Below the pieces are notes generated by a model. That model searched no databases, was not told where the DNA came from, and saw only the letters and a list, made by a program, of their open reading frames with translations. Shown here in pieces: positions 1 to 12,145 of a DNA stretch of 64,000 nucleotides. The stretch covers positions 22,258,001-22,322,000 of the forward strand of contig OX597842.1 of the NCBI GenBank assembly GCA_951406725.2. The letters run 5' to 3'. The position numbers and the translations under genes are program-made. The first letter of the stretch is position 1, and each line of letters begins with the position of its first letter. The stretch is from Octopus vulgaris (Eukaryota).

Positions 1-450
1 TTGTCTGTCCTTGTTTGTCCTGTCTGAGTTTAGGCCCTTGTGGGTAGTAAAGAAAAAGGTATTTCGTCTGTCGTTACGTTCTGAGTTCAAATTCCACAGA
101 GGTCGATTTTACCTTTCATCCTTTCGGGGTCGATAAATTAAGTGCCAGTTGCGTACTGGAGTCGATCTAATCGACTGGCCCTCTCCCCACAAATTTCTGG
201 CCTTGTGCCTAGAGTAGAAAGGATTATTATTATTATTGTTGTTGTTGTTGTTAAGGTTAAGGTGGTGAGCTGGCAGAAACGTTAGCATGCCGGGTGAAAT
301 GCTTAGCAGTATTTCGTCTGCAGCTACATTCTGAGTTCAAATTCCGTCGAAGTCGACTTTGCCTTTCATCCTTTCGGGGTTCGATAATAATAAGTACCAG
401 TTGAACACTGGGGTCGATGCAATCGACTCAACCAAATTGCTGCCCTTGTG
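1..450 (+). mobile_element. tRNA-derived SINE copies with a Meta-like core (two copies)
   Basis: Head GGTGAGCTGGCAGAAACGTTAGC, B-box GAGTTCAAATTC and core GCCTTTCATCCTTTCGGGGTCGATAAATTAAGTACCAG. The same family recurs many times in the window. Confidence 0.8.
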
Positions 451-465
451 GTAAAATTTACAACC

Positions 466-1166
466 ATTATATTATTATTATTTTATGTTTGCACAAGCTG
501 GCTCCAAGTCTCACCCAGAGACCTCAAGAGACAAAAAGCTGGAAGTCCATGTTGGTGTTATGCCTAGGGTGCCATATATTTGGTTTTGTACTTAGTGTTG
601 TACTAGTGAATGTTCAAGAAACCATAAGAAAATTATGTTTGTTTTAAAACTTGAGATTACATAGAAAGTATTTTATGTAGGATATGGGCAGTTCCCATGA
701 GTACTATCTTTTGAATTTCTGCAATTTTGGGGTTTCCTGGTATCTGAGCTAGATAGTAATCAATCCTTTTGCTAGCATTCTCAGGGCACCTATGGACAAC
801 AGGTATTGTTTTAGTCTTCAGGTTCCGCATTTTGCTGATTTCTATTTCAAGATCTTTATATTTGCTCAGTTTTTGGTAGGTCTTGACCGATACATTTATA
901 TCGATTGGGACAGTTATATCAATGAGGAGGCATGTTCTTTGTCTGAAGTCTTTCAATAGGATGTCTGGCCTATTTGCATCTATCTTTCTGTCAGTTTGAA
1001 TGATGACGTTCCAGAGGAGTGAGATGTGATCATTTTCAAGCACAGGAGGTGGTTTGTGTTCCCACCAGTTTTTTTCATGGGGCAAATCCAGGTTTTTGCA
1101 AATTACCCAGTGAATATATTGTGAAGCTCTATCATGCCTGTTGAGATACTCTCTAGGCGCTAGAAG
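466..1166 (-). mobile_element. 3' fragment of an R4/Dong-like non-LTR retrotransposon (restriction-like endonuclease domain)
   Basis: Translation RHDRASQYIHW...RPDILLKD...LIDITVP...KLSKYKDL matches the RHD plus PD-(D/E)xK RLE motifs. The element ends in an (AAT)n tail. Confidence 0.8.
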
Positions 1167-1175
1167 ACGTTTCAT

Positions 1176-2300
1176 GTTATTATTATTATTATTATTATGT
1201 TTTTTCCTTCTTTCTTCAAATTTTCTTCCGTTTCTCGCCGAGTGTTTTCCATACACCTCTAGGGCAGAGAAGGGCATTGTATGCATTCCCAGATTACACG
1301 CGCAAATTCACAGATAAAATATGTATTTTAAAATTCATGAATGGATGTTATTTTCACAGCGATAGTGCTCTTCTCAGTACATGAGCCATTCCAGTTAATA
1401 TGATTTTTGCACTTCCTGTAGGGATGGTAAGCCAATAGGTTTCAGTACCTTTTTTTTATCATTCCTAGAGATCCTACAATCACTGGTTCTATAGTCGCCT
1501 TGAGATGCCACATTTTTCCAATTTCTATTAGCAGGTCTTTATATTTACTGATCTTGTCAAATTCTTTCGCCGCTATATTGTAATCACAGGGAATACTCAT
1601 GTCAATTAATAAAAACATCCTTTTTGTCTGATCTTTTATAATAATATCCGGTTTATTAGCTTTTATAGTCCTGTCGGTCTGCACGGGGAAGACCCATAGA
1701 ATCGACACATTTTCTCCCTCAGTCACAGCTTCAGGATGATGTTTATACCATTTGTCAGCGGTTTTGATTTTATAATGCCGAAATATTGTCCAATGTACAC
1801 TACCGTCAGAAATTAATTAGCACCCTTGATTTGCTCTTCACTCAAGGTATGTGCTGTCACCTAGTGGCCATATCTCGAACTATTGCTTTGTTGCGAGTTC
1901 ACTGTTGCGCAGAACGATGACGTAACTTTGTTTGCAGAGCAGTTTGAGAGTCTACAGCCTTATGATGTTGACATAGCAGTGCAACAACAACTTGGAGTGC
2001 GGATACAGACAAATCTTCCTTTGTTTAATAGATATAGGTAGCGCCTCGCAAGGACCGAAATCACACCATACTAAGTTTTCTCATCGCGTAAGACGTTTTG
2101 AACAGCTCATAGGTTAATTGATTTAACCTATTTAATGTAGAAATTTGAGAAGTGCTAATTAATTTCTGACGCAAGTGTAAATACTGGCCGACTCTGTCAT
2201 GTCTTGCTTTATATTCTGCAGGTGCTAAGACTCTACACTCTGAGATTAGGTGATCTATTGTTTCAATCTCATCGTTACAGAATCGGCATTTTGTGTCAGC
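1176..2300 (-). mobile_element. Second R4/Dong-like RLE fragment, split by a MITE
   Basis: Removing 1798-2177 and one TA gives the continuous frame CRFCNDEIETIDHLISEC (CCHC knuckle)...RHDRVGQYLHW...KPDIIIKD...KISKYKDL. Confidence 0.8.
1798..2177. mobile_element. Tc1/mariner-type MITE (380 bp)
   Basis: TIRs CACTACCGTCAGAAATTAATTAGCAC / GTGCTAATTAATTTCTGACGCAAGTG, with TA duplicated at 1796-1797 and 2178-2179. Confidence 0.85.
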
Positions 2301-2591
2301 TTATTATTATCATTATTATTATTATTACTGTGAAGCTGTGAGCTGGCAGAATTGTTAGTATGCCGGGGAAAATGCTTAGCGGCATTTCATTCATGTTTAC
2401 GTTCTGAGTTCAAATTCCACTAAGGTCGACTTTTTCCTTTCATCCTTACGGGGGCAATAAATAAAGTACTAATGAAATACTGAGGTCGATGTACCCCCAA
2501 AATTTCAGGTCATGTGCCTATAATAGAAAGGATTATTGTTGTTGTTGTTGTTGTTGTTGTTGTCGTCATCATCTTCATTATCATTCTACAG

Positions 2592-2746
2592 GTGGCCCAG
2601 GGGTTATATTTAGTCACAAAGCACTGAAAGTGTTGGCCCCAAATCTGGACAATTGCAAAGGAGACACTGCCACGACCCATGAAGACACTGAATTAGGTAG
2701 ATGTGTGGAAAATTACCTGAAAGTTCAATGCAAATCAAACAGAAAG
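2592..2746 (+). CDS. CHSY1: Chondroitin sulfate synthase (CHSY1-like), penultimate exon
   Basis: Acceptor ctacag and donor AAG|gtaa. Encodes GGPGVIFS...TTHEDTELGRCV...VQC, which resembles the CHSY GGPGV...TTHEDVEVGRCV region. Splices in frame to 3369. Confidence 0.8.
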
Positions 2747-2754
2747 GTAAAACT

Positions 2755-3071
2755 TTGTCTATCGCTCTATCTATCTACCTGTCTATCTATCTATCTATTT
2801 ATCCACCTATTGATCTATCTGTTTGTCTGTCTATCTATTTATCTATCTATCCATCCATCTATTGATCTATTTTTCTGCCTGTCTCTATATCTCTCTCCCC
2901 ACCTCTTTCTACCTATCAATCTAGCTAACTAGCTATTGAACTGTCTGTCTATCTATTTATCTATCTATCTACCTGTCTGTCCATCTATCTTTCTATCTAT
3001 CTATCTATTGATCCATTTCTCAATCTATCTGTCTACCTACCTATCTATCTGTCTGTTTGTCTGTCTACCTA

Positions 3072-3110
<39 letters not shown>

Positions 3111-3197
3111 ATCTATCTATCTATCTATCTTTATATATATATATATAGAGAGAGAGAGAGATTGATAGGCAGATAGCTAGATAATTAGATTAGTAGG

Positions 3198-3235
<38 letters not shown>

Positions 3236-3274
3236 ACTAATCTAATTATCTAGCTATCCATCAATCTCTCTCAC

Positions 3275-3308
<34 letters not shown>

Positions 3309-3335
3309 TACATACAAACACACACACACTCACAT
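2755..3335. repeat. Compound (TCTA)n/(TA)n/(CA)n microsatellite in the CHSY intron
   Basis: Directly visible simple repeats. Confidence 0.95.
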
Positions 3336-3368
3336 ATGTATTTTTGTATCTTTTTTTCTTTTTTGCAG

Positions 3369-4863
3369 GTGAGAGCCTTATTCTACCAGAATTACCGTGA
3401 AGTGAAAGGGACTTTTAACCATGAACTAGGGCAAAAGGAAAGTCATGCGTTCACATTGCATCCAGTGAAGAATACCAGTTTTGTCGTACGTTTGGCATTG
3501 CATTTCAAGCATGATGAAATTAAATGGCTGCAAAAAAAGACGGACAACTTGAGAAATGAGATGGGAATGGTGAAGAGGGTGATTACCGGAAAACACATGA
3601 AGCGTTGGTCAATGCCTGTAATAAAGTATCTTCATAATATCGAATATTTCAATAGAAAACATGAACCGAAGAAGGCCTCTGTCAGATTTTGGTACGATAC
3701 TGGTGATGTTGATGCACAGTGGGAGAATATTGAAATGGAGTCAATTTATTCCATGGCAAATATTCATCAGGCACCGAAACAGAAGCTGAGTGTGAAAAAA
3801 CATGATGAAACCGTACAGAATGCTGTCAGAGCTCTTCTTAGTCATTATTGGGAAGGAGTTGATAATATCAAGTTCAAGAAGCTTCTGCAAGCCTATCGCT
3901 ACATGTCACCCATCCAAGGTGTACAACATCTGCTACATGTCTACTTATTGCAACGCAAGACTAAAAGTGGTTATTACAATGGCACATTTATGGCTTCACA
4001 GCGTCTACTGCCTCTGGAGTTTACCGAGGACGAAGACACGTTTAAGGATCGTTTTGATATCAATAACAAATACGGTAGGCAGGTGAAAGAGATCAATCTG
4101 ATTATACCGATTGCTGGAAAATTAGAAGCATTTGTACGATTTACAGAGGCACTAGAGAAGATCTTCAAAAGAACACTGGAGAACCTCAAAGTGATCCTTG
4201 TTATCTACAAAGATCCAGAAGGAGCCTGGGTCAAACAAATCGCTATGATGAAACGTTTAGCAGTCTCAGTACCATTCCATGAAACTGGAAGTGACATTTC
4301 TGACTGGAGATTTTACTCGTGGGGTGGCATTGCAGCATGGTGTGAAAAACTGCAGTAATGACTCCCTTCTTCTTTTTATTGATATCGATATGGCCATCAC
4401 AGAGGAATTTCTACATCGAGTACGAATAACTACAATATACGGCAAGCAAGTGTATTTTCCGATTTATTTCAGCCAGTTTGATCCTAAATCTATTTGCCAC
4501 AAACCAAATTGTAAGAAGAACCATTACTTATTTGGCAAGGATGATGGCTTTTGGATATATTTCGGTTTTGGTATGGTATCCATCTACAAAAAGGACTTTC
4601 TGGAAGTGGGCGGCTATGACACAAACATTAAAGGGTGGGGTAAAGAGGACATAGATTTCTATGAATTGTGCATCAAGTCTAACCTGACAGTAATCCGGGC
4701 CCCGGATTTGTCACTGATACACGTTTACCACCCAAAATTCTGTTCACAGGATTTGAATGCAGAACAGTACCAAATGTGTCTAGATTCAAAAATCAGTATC
4801 TTTTGGTCGCTACATAAGGAAGCCGAGGCTGTCTACAGATTACCGAAGATATTAAATAAATAA
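3369..4863 (+). CDS. CHSY1: Chondroitin sulfate synthase (CHSY1-like), terminal exon with a +1 frameshift near 4260-4280
   Basis: Polypyrimidine tract and ttgcag acceptor. Contains YRYMSPIQGVQHLL, INLIIPIAG, FTRGVAL...LLLFIDID (DxD), VYFPIYFSQF, GFW..FGFG, GGYD..IKGWGKEDID and HVYHPKFC. The coding sequence is split across two frames. Confidence 0.8.
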
Positions 4864-5164
4864 CAAAGACAAACATGTGTCATGTTGAATTTCCTTGAGA
4901 AGTGCATTAAGGGTACACATGTCTGTGGAATACTCAGCCATTTGGATGTTAATTTCACGAGCAACTTGTTCTGTTGATCAAAATCAACTGGAACCTTCGT
5001 TATAACCGACAGATTACCAGTTATTTCTTGTTCTTCCTGTCCACTCAGCCAGCAAAAATGAGTCGTACCTGTATTTCAAAGAGCCAGTTGTGTCACATTC
5101 GGTGTGACCTGCTGAATCTCCCTGCGAATTACAAGTCTCTGTGGAGTACTCAGCCGCTTGCACA

Positions 5165-6132
5165 TTAACCCTTTCATTACCAACCTGGCTGAAACCGGCT
5201 ATGGTTCTGAGTACAAATGTCTTGTTTTCATAAGATTTGAGTTAAAATCTTCCACCAAACCTTAGTCACAATTTATGTTCCTAACACTAGCTTAATGATA
5301 ACTTAGTTATTTTACAAAATTCTTTAATACATTTAAAACTTATTGAAAGAAACACAGAGCATCTCAATGGAATATGCTAACAAAAGGCTTAAAAATATAT
5401 AATAGAGAAACAATTTTTAACCCTTTTGATATCAACCCCGCTCTGGATCTGTAGTACAAATGTCTTGTCTTTAAAAGTTCTGCATTAAAATCTTCCACCA
5501 AACCTTAGTCACAATTTATGTTCCTAACACTAGCTTAATGACAACTAAATTATTTTACTAAATTCTTTGTTATATTTAAAGTAATTGAAAGAAACACAGA
5601 GCATCTCAACAGAAATACAGTAACGAAAGGGTTAAAAATATATAATAGAAAAACAATTCTTAACCCTTTTGATATCAACCCAGCTCTGGATCTGTAGTAC
5701 AAATGTTTTGTTTTCAAAAATTCTACATTCAAATCTTCCACTAAACCTTAGTCACAATTTATGTTCCTAACACTAGCTTAATGATAACTAAATTATTTTA
5801 CTAAATTCTTTGTTATATTTAAAGTAATTGAAAGAAACACAGAGCATCTCAACAGAAATACAGTCACGAAAGGGTTTTAAAATATATCATAGAGAAACAA
5901 TTCTTAACCCTTTTGATATCAACCCAGCTGAAACCTGCTCTGGCTCTGAGTACAAATGTCTTGTTTTCAAAAATTCTACATTCAAATCTTTCACTAAACC
6001 TTAGTCACAATTTATGTTCCTAACACTAGCTTAATGACTACTAAATTATTTTACTAAATTCTTTGTTATATTTAAAATTCATTGAAAGAAACACAGAGCA
6101 TCTCAAAATAAATACAGTAACAAAAGGGTTAA
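5165..6132 (+). mobile_element. Tandem array of four TTAA-flanked (piggyBac-like) MITEs
   Basis: Each ~220-bp unit runs TTAACCCTTT...AAAGGGTTAA, with a shared ~25-bp spacer. Further copies lie at 34326-35112 and 47919-48131. Confidence 0.8.
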
Positions 6133-7090
6133 TTTCACAAGCAAATTGTTCCATTGATTAGATCAATTGGAACTCTTGTAATCAAAGGTGCACCACTTAA
6201 AATCAGGTAGCTATGTATCTCATCTACAGGATAAACCAGCTCCTGTCCCCTTTTTTCTATATTCACCTCTTCACACCTACAGTAAAGCTATCCCTTTTCA
6301 GACACAGTCTCACTCAGTCAAGGGAGATCTTTAGTCTTGCAAATTACATGATGAAGTCTTCACTTGTACAGCCACCATGAAGAAAGTGCCCAATGCGATG
6401 GTCACCACTGGAATGTCTTTGATCGTAAGTCTACTGGATCAGGACTCACCTAGGGCTAAACAATATAAACTACAACTGTTGCTGCTAATACTGACAATTT
6501 TAGTTAATGAAGTCCTAGATACACTATGTCTGAATAATAGATGGGATGGTCACAGCTGGAACATCTTTGATCATAGGTTTACTGGGTAAGAACTGGTATG
6601 AGGTTAAACAACACTTAAAGCCACTTACACTAATGGCTATACTGTACATTAGATAATGTAGTCCTAGATACACTATGCCTGAATAAAAGATGGGATGGTC
6701 ACAGCTGGAACAACTTTGATCATAGGTCTGTCTGGATCAGTACTGACCCGGGACTAAACAACAACTGTAGCCACTAATAGTAACTGCTATACATTCAATA
6801 ATGTAGTCCTAGATACACTATGCCTAAATAAAAGATGGGATGGTACCATGATGATTGTAAGTTTGTGATTTTGATTCTTGGACCGGGCTATGCGTTGTGT
6901 TCTTGAGCAAAACACTTCATTTCACGTTGCTCCAGTCCACTCAACTGGCAAAAATGAGTAACACTGCAATGGACTGGCGTCCTGTCCAGCGGGGGAACAC
7001 ATACGCCATTGAAACCAGGAAACTGGGCCCGTGAGCCTGGCTAGGCTTTAAAAGGGCACATTTATTTATTTATATATATATATATGTATA

Positions 7091-7366
7091 TTGAAGTAGA
7101 TAAACGAATTATCTTATTACGGATAATTCAAATGATAACCGATACATGGGTAGCAAAAATCACAACAGAAAAAGCACGGTTGAAGTTACGACCATGGGGC
7201 ATTTTGTTGGAGAATTAAGTTCCTGGATTTTCCTGAAGAGAAGGCTGCAAAATGGACTCCTTATTCAATCCGAATTAGGGACTTTGCAGCCTTCGAAACA
7301 TATGTAGAAAATAATAAAAAGGAATTTTGTTAAATCTTCGTTCAGCTCCATTTCTTCCGACACTTA
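7091..7366 (+). mobile_element. Probable Penelope-like pseudo-LTR fragment inserted in (TA)n
   Basis: Flanked by TA microsatellites and contains a hammerhead motif followed by AATAAA, an arrangement typical of PLE repeats. Confidence 0.55.
7227..7312 (+). ncRNA. Minimal type I hammerhead ribozyme
   Basis: Stem I ATTTTC/GAAAAT; core CTGAAGA (7233-7239); perfect 12-bp stem II GAAGGCTGCAAA/TTTGCAGCCTTC; GAAA; palindromic stem III ACATATGT; GUA cleavage triplet ending at 7306. Confidence 0.8.
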
Positions 7367-7397
<31 letters not shown>

Positions 7398-8674
7398 TAT
7401 ATGTCTTTGATCGTAAGTCTACTGGACCAGGACTGACCTGGGGCTAAACAATATAAACAAATGTTGCGATTTTATTGAACCCCTTGACACCGGTATTACC
7501 CGAAGCATGCAAGACACTGCTCTGGTTTTTTTTTTATCTAATGAGGCTACACAAACACCCAAATGCCAATGAGCTCATTCAATAATGTAGTCATAGATAC
7601 ACTTTCAGAATAAAAGATGGGATGGTCACAGCTGGAACGTGTTTAATTACAGGCCTATCTAGATCAAGACTGACATAGGTCTAAAAAGAAATATTAACAA
7701 GATTTATCTACCCATACTCCACCCTGTCTCCAAAATCCACCCAGGCCCACCACAACCAAAAAGTCATACAGATATTTATTTCTCAATGTCTCTCCAACAT
7801 TATACAATAACTGTCTTTCATTATCCATTTTTATGTCTTTCCATGGCCAAGTGGTTTTACAACCAAGCACTAGGGCATATTAATGACTGCATTGCAGGTT
7901 CAAATCTCATCCCCCTGGATTGATATTTATTTATTTATATATATTTTTACTTCTTCTTAACGCTTGATTGTATTTTTTGTTTTTTTATTTCGTAAAAATA
8001 TTTAACTTTTGTATTGATAAAAATTTTCAAATAAATAAAAAATTGAAATAATAATTTAAAAATTATAATTATGGAAAATGAGGAAAAATTCCTCGTTAAA
8101 GTGTAAAGAATTAAAAATAAAAATGATGGTTTCTGTATTTTCATTTAAACTTATTTCTCTTTCTCTTTTTTTTACTTGTTTCAGTCATTTGACTGCGGCC
8201 ATGCTGGAGCACCGCCTTTAATCGAGCTACTCAACCCCGGGACTTATTCTTTGTAAGCCCAGTACTTATTCTATCGGTCTCTTTTGCAAACCGCTAAGTG
8301 ACGGGACATAAACACACCAGCATCGGTTGTCAAGCAATGCTAGGGGCACAAACACAGACACACACATATATATATACAACGGGCTTCTTTCAGTTTCCAT
8401 CTACCAAATCCACTCACAAGGCTTGTAATCACCCATCTGTGTCTGTGTGTTTGCAAAATCTCTCTCCTGCATGAATAAATTTATTCTTAGTTAAGTTACC
8501 CTTTGTAGTGAATGATTTACCACAGTCATCACAAGGTGCCACGCAGGGGGACTGAACCCGGAACCATGTGGTTGGTAAACAAGCTACTTACCACACAGCC
8601 ACTCCTGATGGTTTCTTTTTTAAAAAACAAATTGTTATTGCCCAGCATGCATAAACAAAAGCAAGACATTGTAA

Positions 8675-9334
<660 letters not shown>

Positions 9335-10259
9335 TCATTTCACGTTGCTCCAGTCCACTCAGCTTTCAAAAATGAGTAACGCTGCGATGGACTGGCGTCC
9401 TGTCCAGCGGGGGAACACGTACGCCATTGAAACCAGGAAACTGGGCCCGTGAGCCTGGCTAGGCTTTAAAAGGTCACATTTATTTATTTATATATATATG
9501 TTGTTACGTACCACCTGCCGTCGCTCAAACTCTTTGGAAACCCGGAACCCTACCAAGTCGCGCGACGACGATTGCACCGGCTCAGTCAAACGGAGAATTC
9601 GCCACACAGAAAGGACCTGGTGGGGGATGGCAGCGAACTCGGCAACCGGCGACCGGAGAGAACAACAACAACAACAGCAGGAAGAGATACAGAGAGACGG
9701 CGGAAGGCAATTGGCTTACATTTAACAACAGTTTATGACAATCATTACAACATCAAATACAATGTAAAATACATCAGGTACATCAAAGAGAATAACATGC
9801 AACAAAATTAACAAGATCAAAGCATGCAGATACAATACACAGTCCGGAGACAACAGTTCAAATCAAATAATGTTCACGATACAGTTCAGAGACAAATCAG
9901 TTCAATTCACGATACAGTTCAATGTTCAAATCACATTAAAGTCTTTCTCCTTCTTTCTTTCTCTTTTTTTAACAACTCTTTTCCTTAATTCACAGTTCTT
10001 TCTTTTTTTCTTTAACACAACTCAACAACACAGTTCTTTTCACAATCTCATTTCTGTTTAGTTCAACAATTCTTTTCTTTTCTTCAACACATCAAAAGTC
10101 AACAACAAAAAACAAACATAAACATTACCGAACGTTTTCGCGTCTGCAACTCTGCGACAATAGCCAATGCCTTCTACGCCTTAACCTCCCTTTTGCTCTC
10201 AATCCTCTGTGTATGTCTTTCACATTCACTGTCTCCGGCAGAACTACCTGTTACCAGGG

Positions 10260-10525
10260 GTTAGGAGGGCATCCTGGCGTTAGGAAGGGCATCCTGGCAT
10301 TAGGAAGGGCATCCTGGCGTTAGGAAGGGCATCTTGGCATTAGGAAGTGCATCCTGGCTTTAGGAAGGACATCCTGGGGTTAGGTAGGGCATCCAGCTGT
10401 AGAAGCACTGCCAGATCAGACTGGGCCTGGTGCAGCCTTCTGGCTTCCCAGACCCCAGTTGAACCGTCCAACCCATGCTAGCATGGAAAGCGGACGTTAA
10501 ACGATGATGATGATGATGATGATGA
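10260..10525 (+). mobile_element. Retroposon 3' end with a (GAT)n tail and a 20-bp minisatellite (~7 copies)
   Basis: TTAGGAAGGGCATCCTGGCG is repeated over 10260-10395. The tail GGACGTTAAACGATGATGAT is shared with copies at ~12900 and ~38090. Confidence 0.75.
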
Positions 10526-12145
10526 TTAGTTATATGGTTTCTCTCCTGTATGAATGCGTTTGTGTCTAGTTAAAACATGCCCATGAGAGAATGATTTACC
10601 ACAGATATCACAGTGATGTAGTTTCTCTCCTGTATGAATGTGTTTGTGTTTAGTCAAGTGGCCAGTCTCGGAGAAACATTTTCCACAGATATCACAGTGA
10701 TATGGTTTCTCTCCTGTATGAGTACGTTTGTGCGTAGTTAAGGCATGTCCATGAGAGAACGATTTACCACAGATGTCGCACTGATACGGTTTCTCACCTG
10801 TATGAATACGGATATGTCTCGTTAAATCTCCATTTTCAGAGAATGATTTTCCACAGATATCGCAGTGATGTGGTTTGTCCCCAGTATGAATCCGTACATG
10901 CCGAGATAAATGACCAGTGTCCGAGAATGATTTACCACAGATGTCACAATGATACGGTTTCTCTCCTGTGTGGCTGCGTTTGTGAATAGTTAAGGTCCCA
11001 TTCTCAGAAAATAATTTACCACAGATATCACAGTGATATGGTTTCTCCCCAGTATGAATACGAATATGTCTTTTTAAGGAGCTCTTTTGAGAGAATGATT
11101 TACCACAAATATTGCAGAAATATACTTGGCCTCCTGTATGAATGCATTTGTGTTTAGTTAAATTACCATTTTGAGAGAATGATTCCCCACAGATATCACA
11201 GTGATATGGTTTTTCTCCTGTATGAATACGTTGGTGAGGAATTAGGTTGTCCTTTTGAGAGAAGGCTTTTCCACAGATATCACAGTGATATGGTTTCTCG
11301 CCTGTATGAACACGTTTGTGCTTAGTTAAGTGACTGGTTTCAGTGAAGGATTTACCACAGATCTCACAGTGATACGGTTTCTCTCCAGTATGAATGTGTC
11401 TGTGAATAGTTAAAGTGTGACCATGAGAAAATGATTTACCACAGATGTCACAGTGATATGGTTTCTCTCCTGTATGAATATGTTTGTGACTAGATAGGGC
11501 ATATGTACTGGAGAACGACTTGCCACAGATATCACAATGATATGGTTTTACTCCTGTGTGAATGTGTTTGTGTTTATGTAAACGGCTTCCATCGGAGAAT
11601 GATTTACCACAGACATCACAGTGATAAGGTTTCTCACCTGTATGGATACGTTTATGCCTAGTTAAGGTACCATTCGCAGAGAATGATTTACCACAGACAT
11701 CACAGCAATATGGTTTCTCTCCTGTATGAATGCGTTTGTGTTTATTCAGGTGAATACTTTGAGAAAATGATTCACCACAGATATCACAGTGATACGGTTT
11801 CTCACCTGTATGAATACGTCGGTGAGTAATTAGGTTGTCCTTTTGAGAGAAGGCTTTTCCACAGGTGTCACAGTGATATGGTTTCACTCCTGTATGAATA
11901 CGCTGGTGAGTGATCAAGTTATCTTTCCGGGAGAATGATTTACCACAGATGTTACAACGATATGGTTTCTCTCCTGTATGAACAGATTTATGCTTAGTTA
12001 AGTTGCTGCTGTGAGAGAATGATTTGCCACAGATATCACACTGATATGGTTTTTTACCTTTCTTAATCTTTACAACACCAGGAAAGTCAATCCTTTCAGT
12101 CCGTCTTTCACATATAGCTTCATTCTCACTTAAATCATCTTCCAT
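10526..12145 (-). CDS. ZNF-A: C2H2 zinc-finger protein, 539 aa, 18 tandem fingers
   Basis: ATG at 12145 (MEDDLSENE...) and 18 CxxC-12-HxxxH units with TGEKPY linkers. Predicted acceptor ttctttcag at 12516-12517. Confidence 0.92.
   Translation of the reverse strand: MEDDLSENEAICERRTERIDFPGVVKIKKGKKPYQCDICGKSFSHSSNLTKHKSVHTGEKPYRCNICGKSFSRKDNLITHQRIHTGVKPYHCDTCGKAFSQKDNLITHRRIHTGEKPYHCDICGESFSQSIHLNKHKRIHTGEKPYCCDVCGKSFSANGTLTRHKRIHTGEKPYHCDVCGKSFSDGSRLHKHKHIHTGVKPYHCDICGKSFSSTYALSSHKHIHTGEKPYHCDICGKSFSHGHTLTIHRHIHTGEKPYHCEICGKSFTETSHLTKHKRVHTGEKPYHCDICGKAFSQKDNLIPHQRIHTGEKPYHCDICGESFSQNGNLTKHKCIHTGGQVYFCNICGKSFSQKSSLKRHIRIHTGEKPYHCDICGKLFSENGTLTIHKRSHTGEKPYHCDICGKSFSDTGHLSRHVRIHTGDKPHHCDICGKSFSENGDLTRHIRIHTGEKPYQCDICGKSFSHGHALTTHKRTHTGEKPYHCDICGKCFSETGHLTKHKHIHTGEKLHHCDICGKSFSHGHVLTRHKRIHTGEKPYN

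Noticed and set aside
2747-3148. LSIY-rich ORFs
   Set aside because: They come from the (TCTA)n microsatellite in the CHSY intron. Only 2592-2746 is coding.
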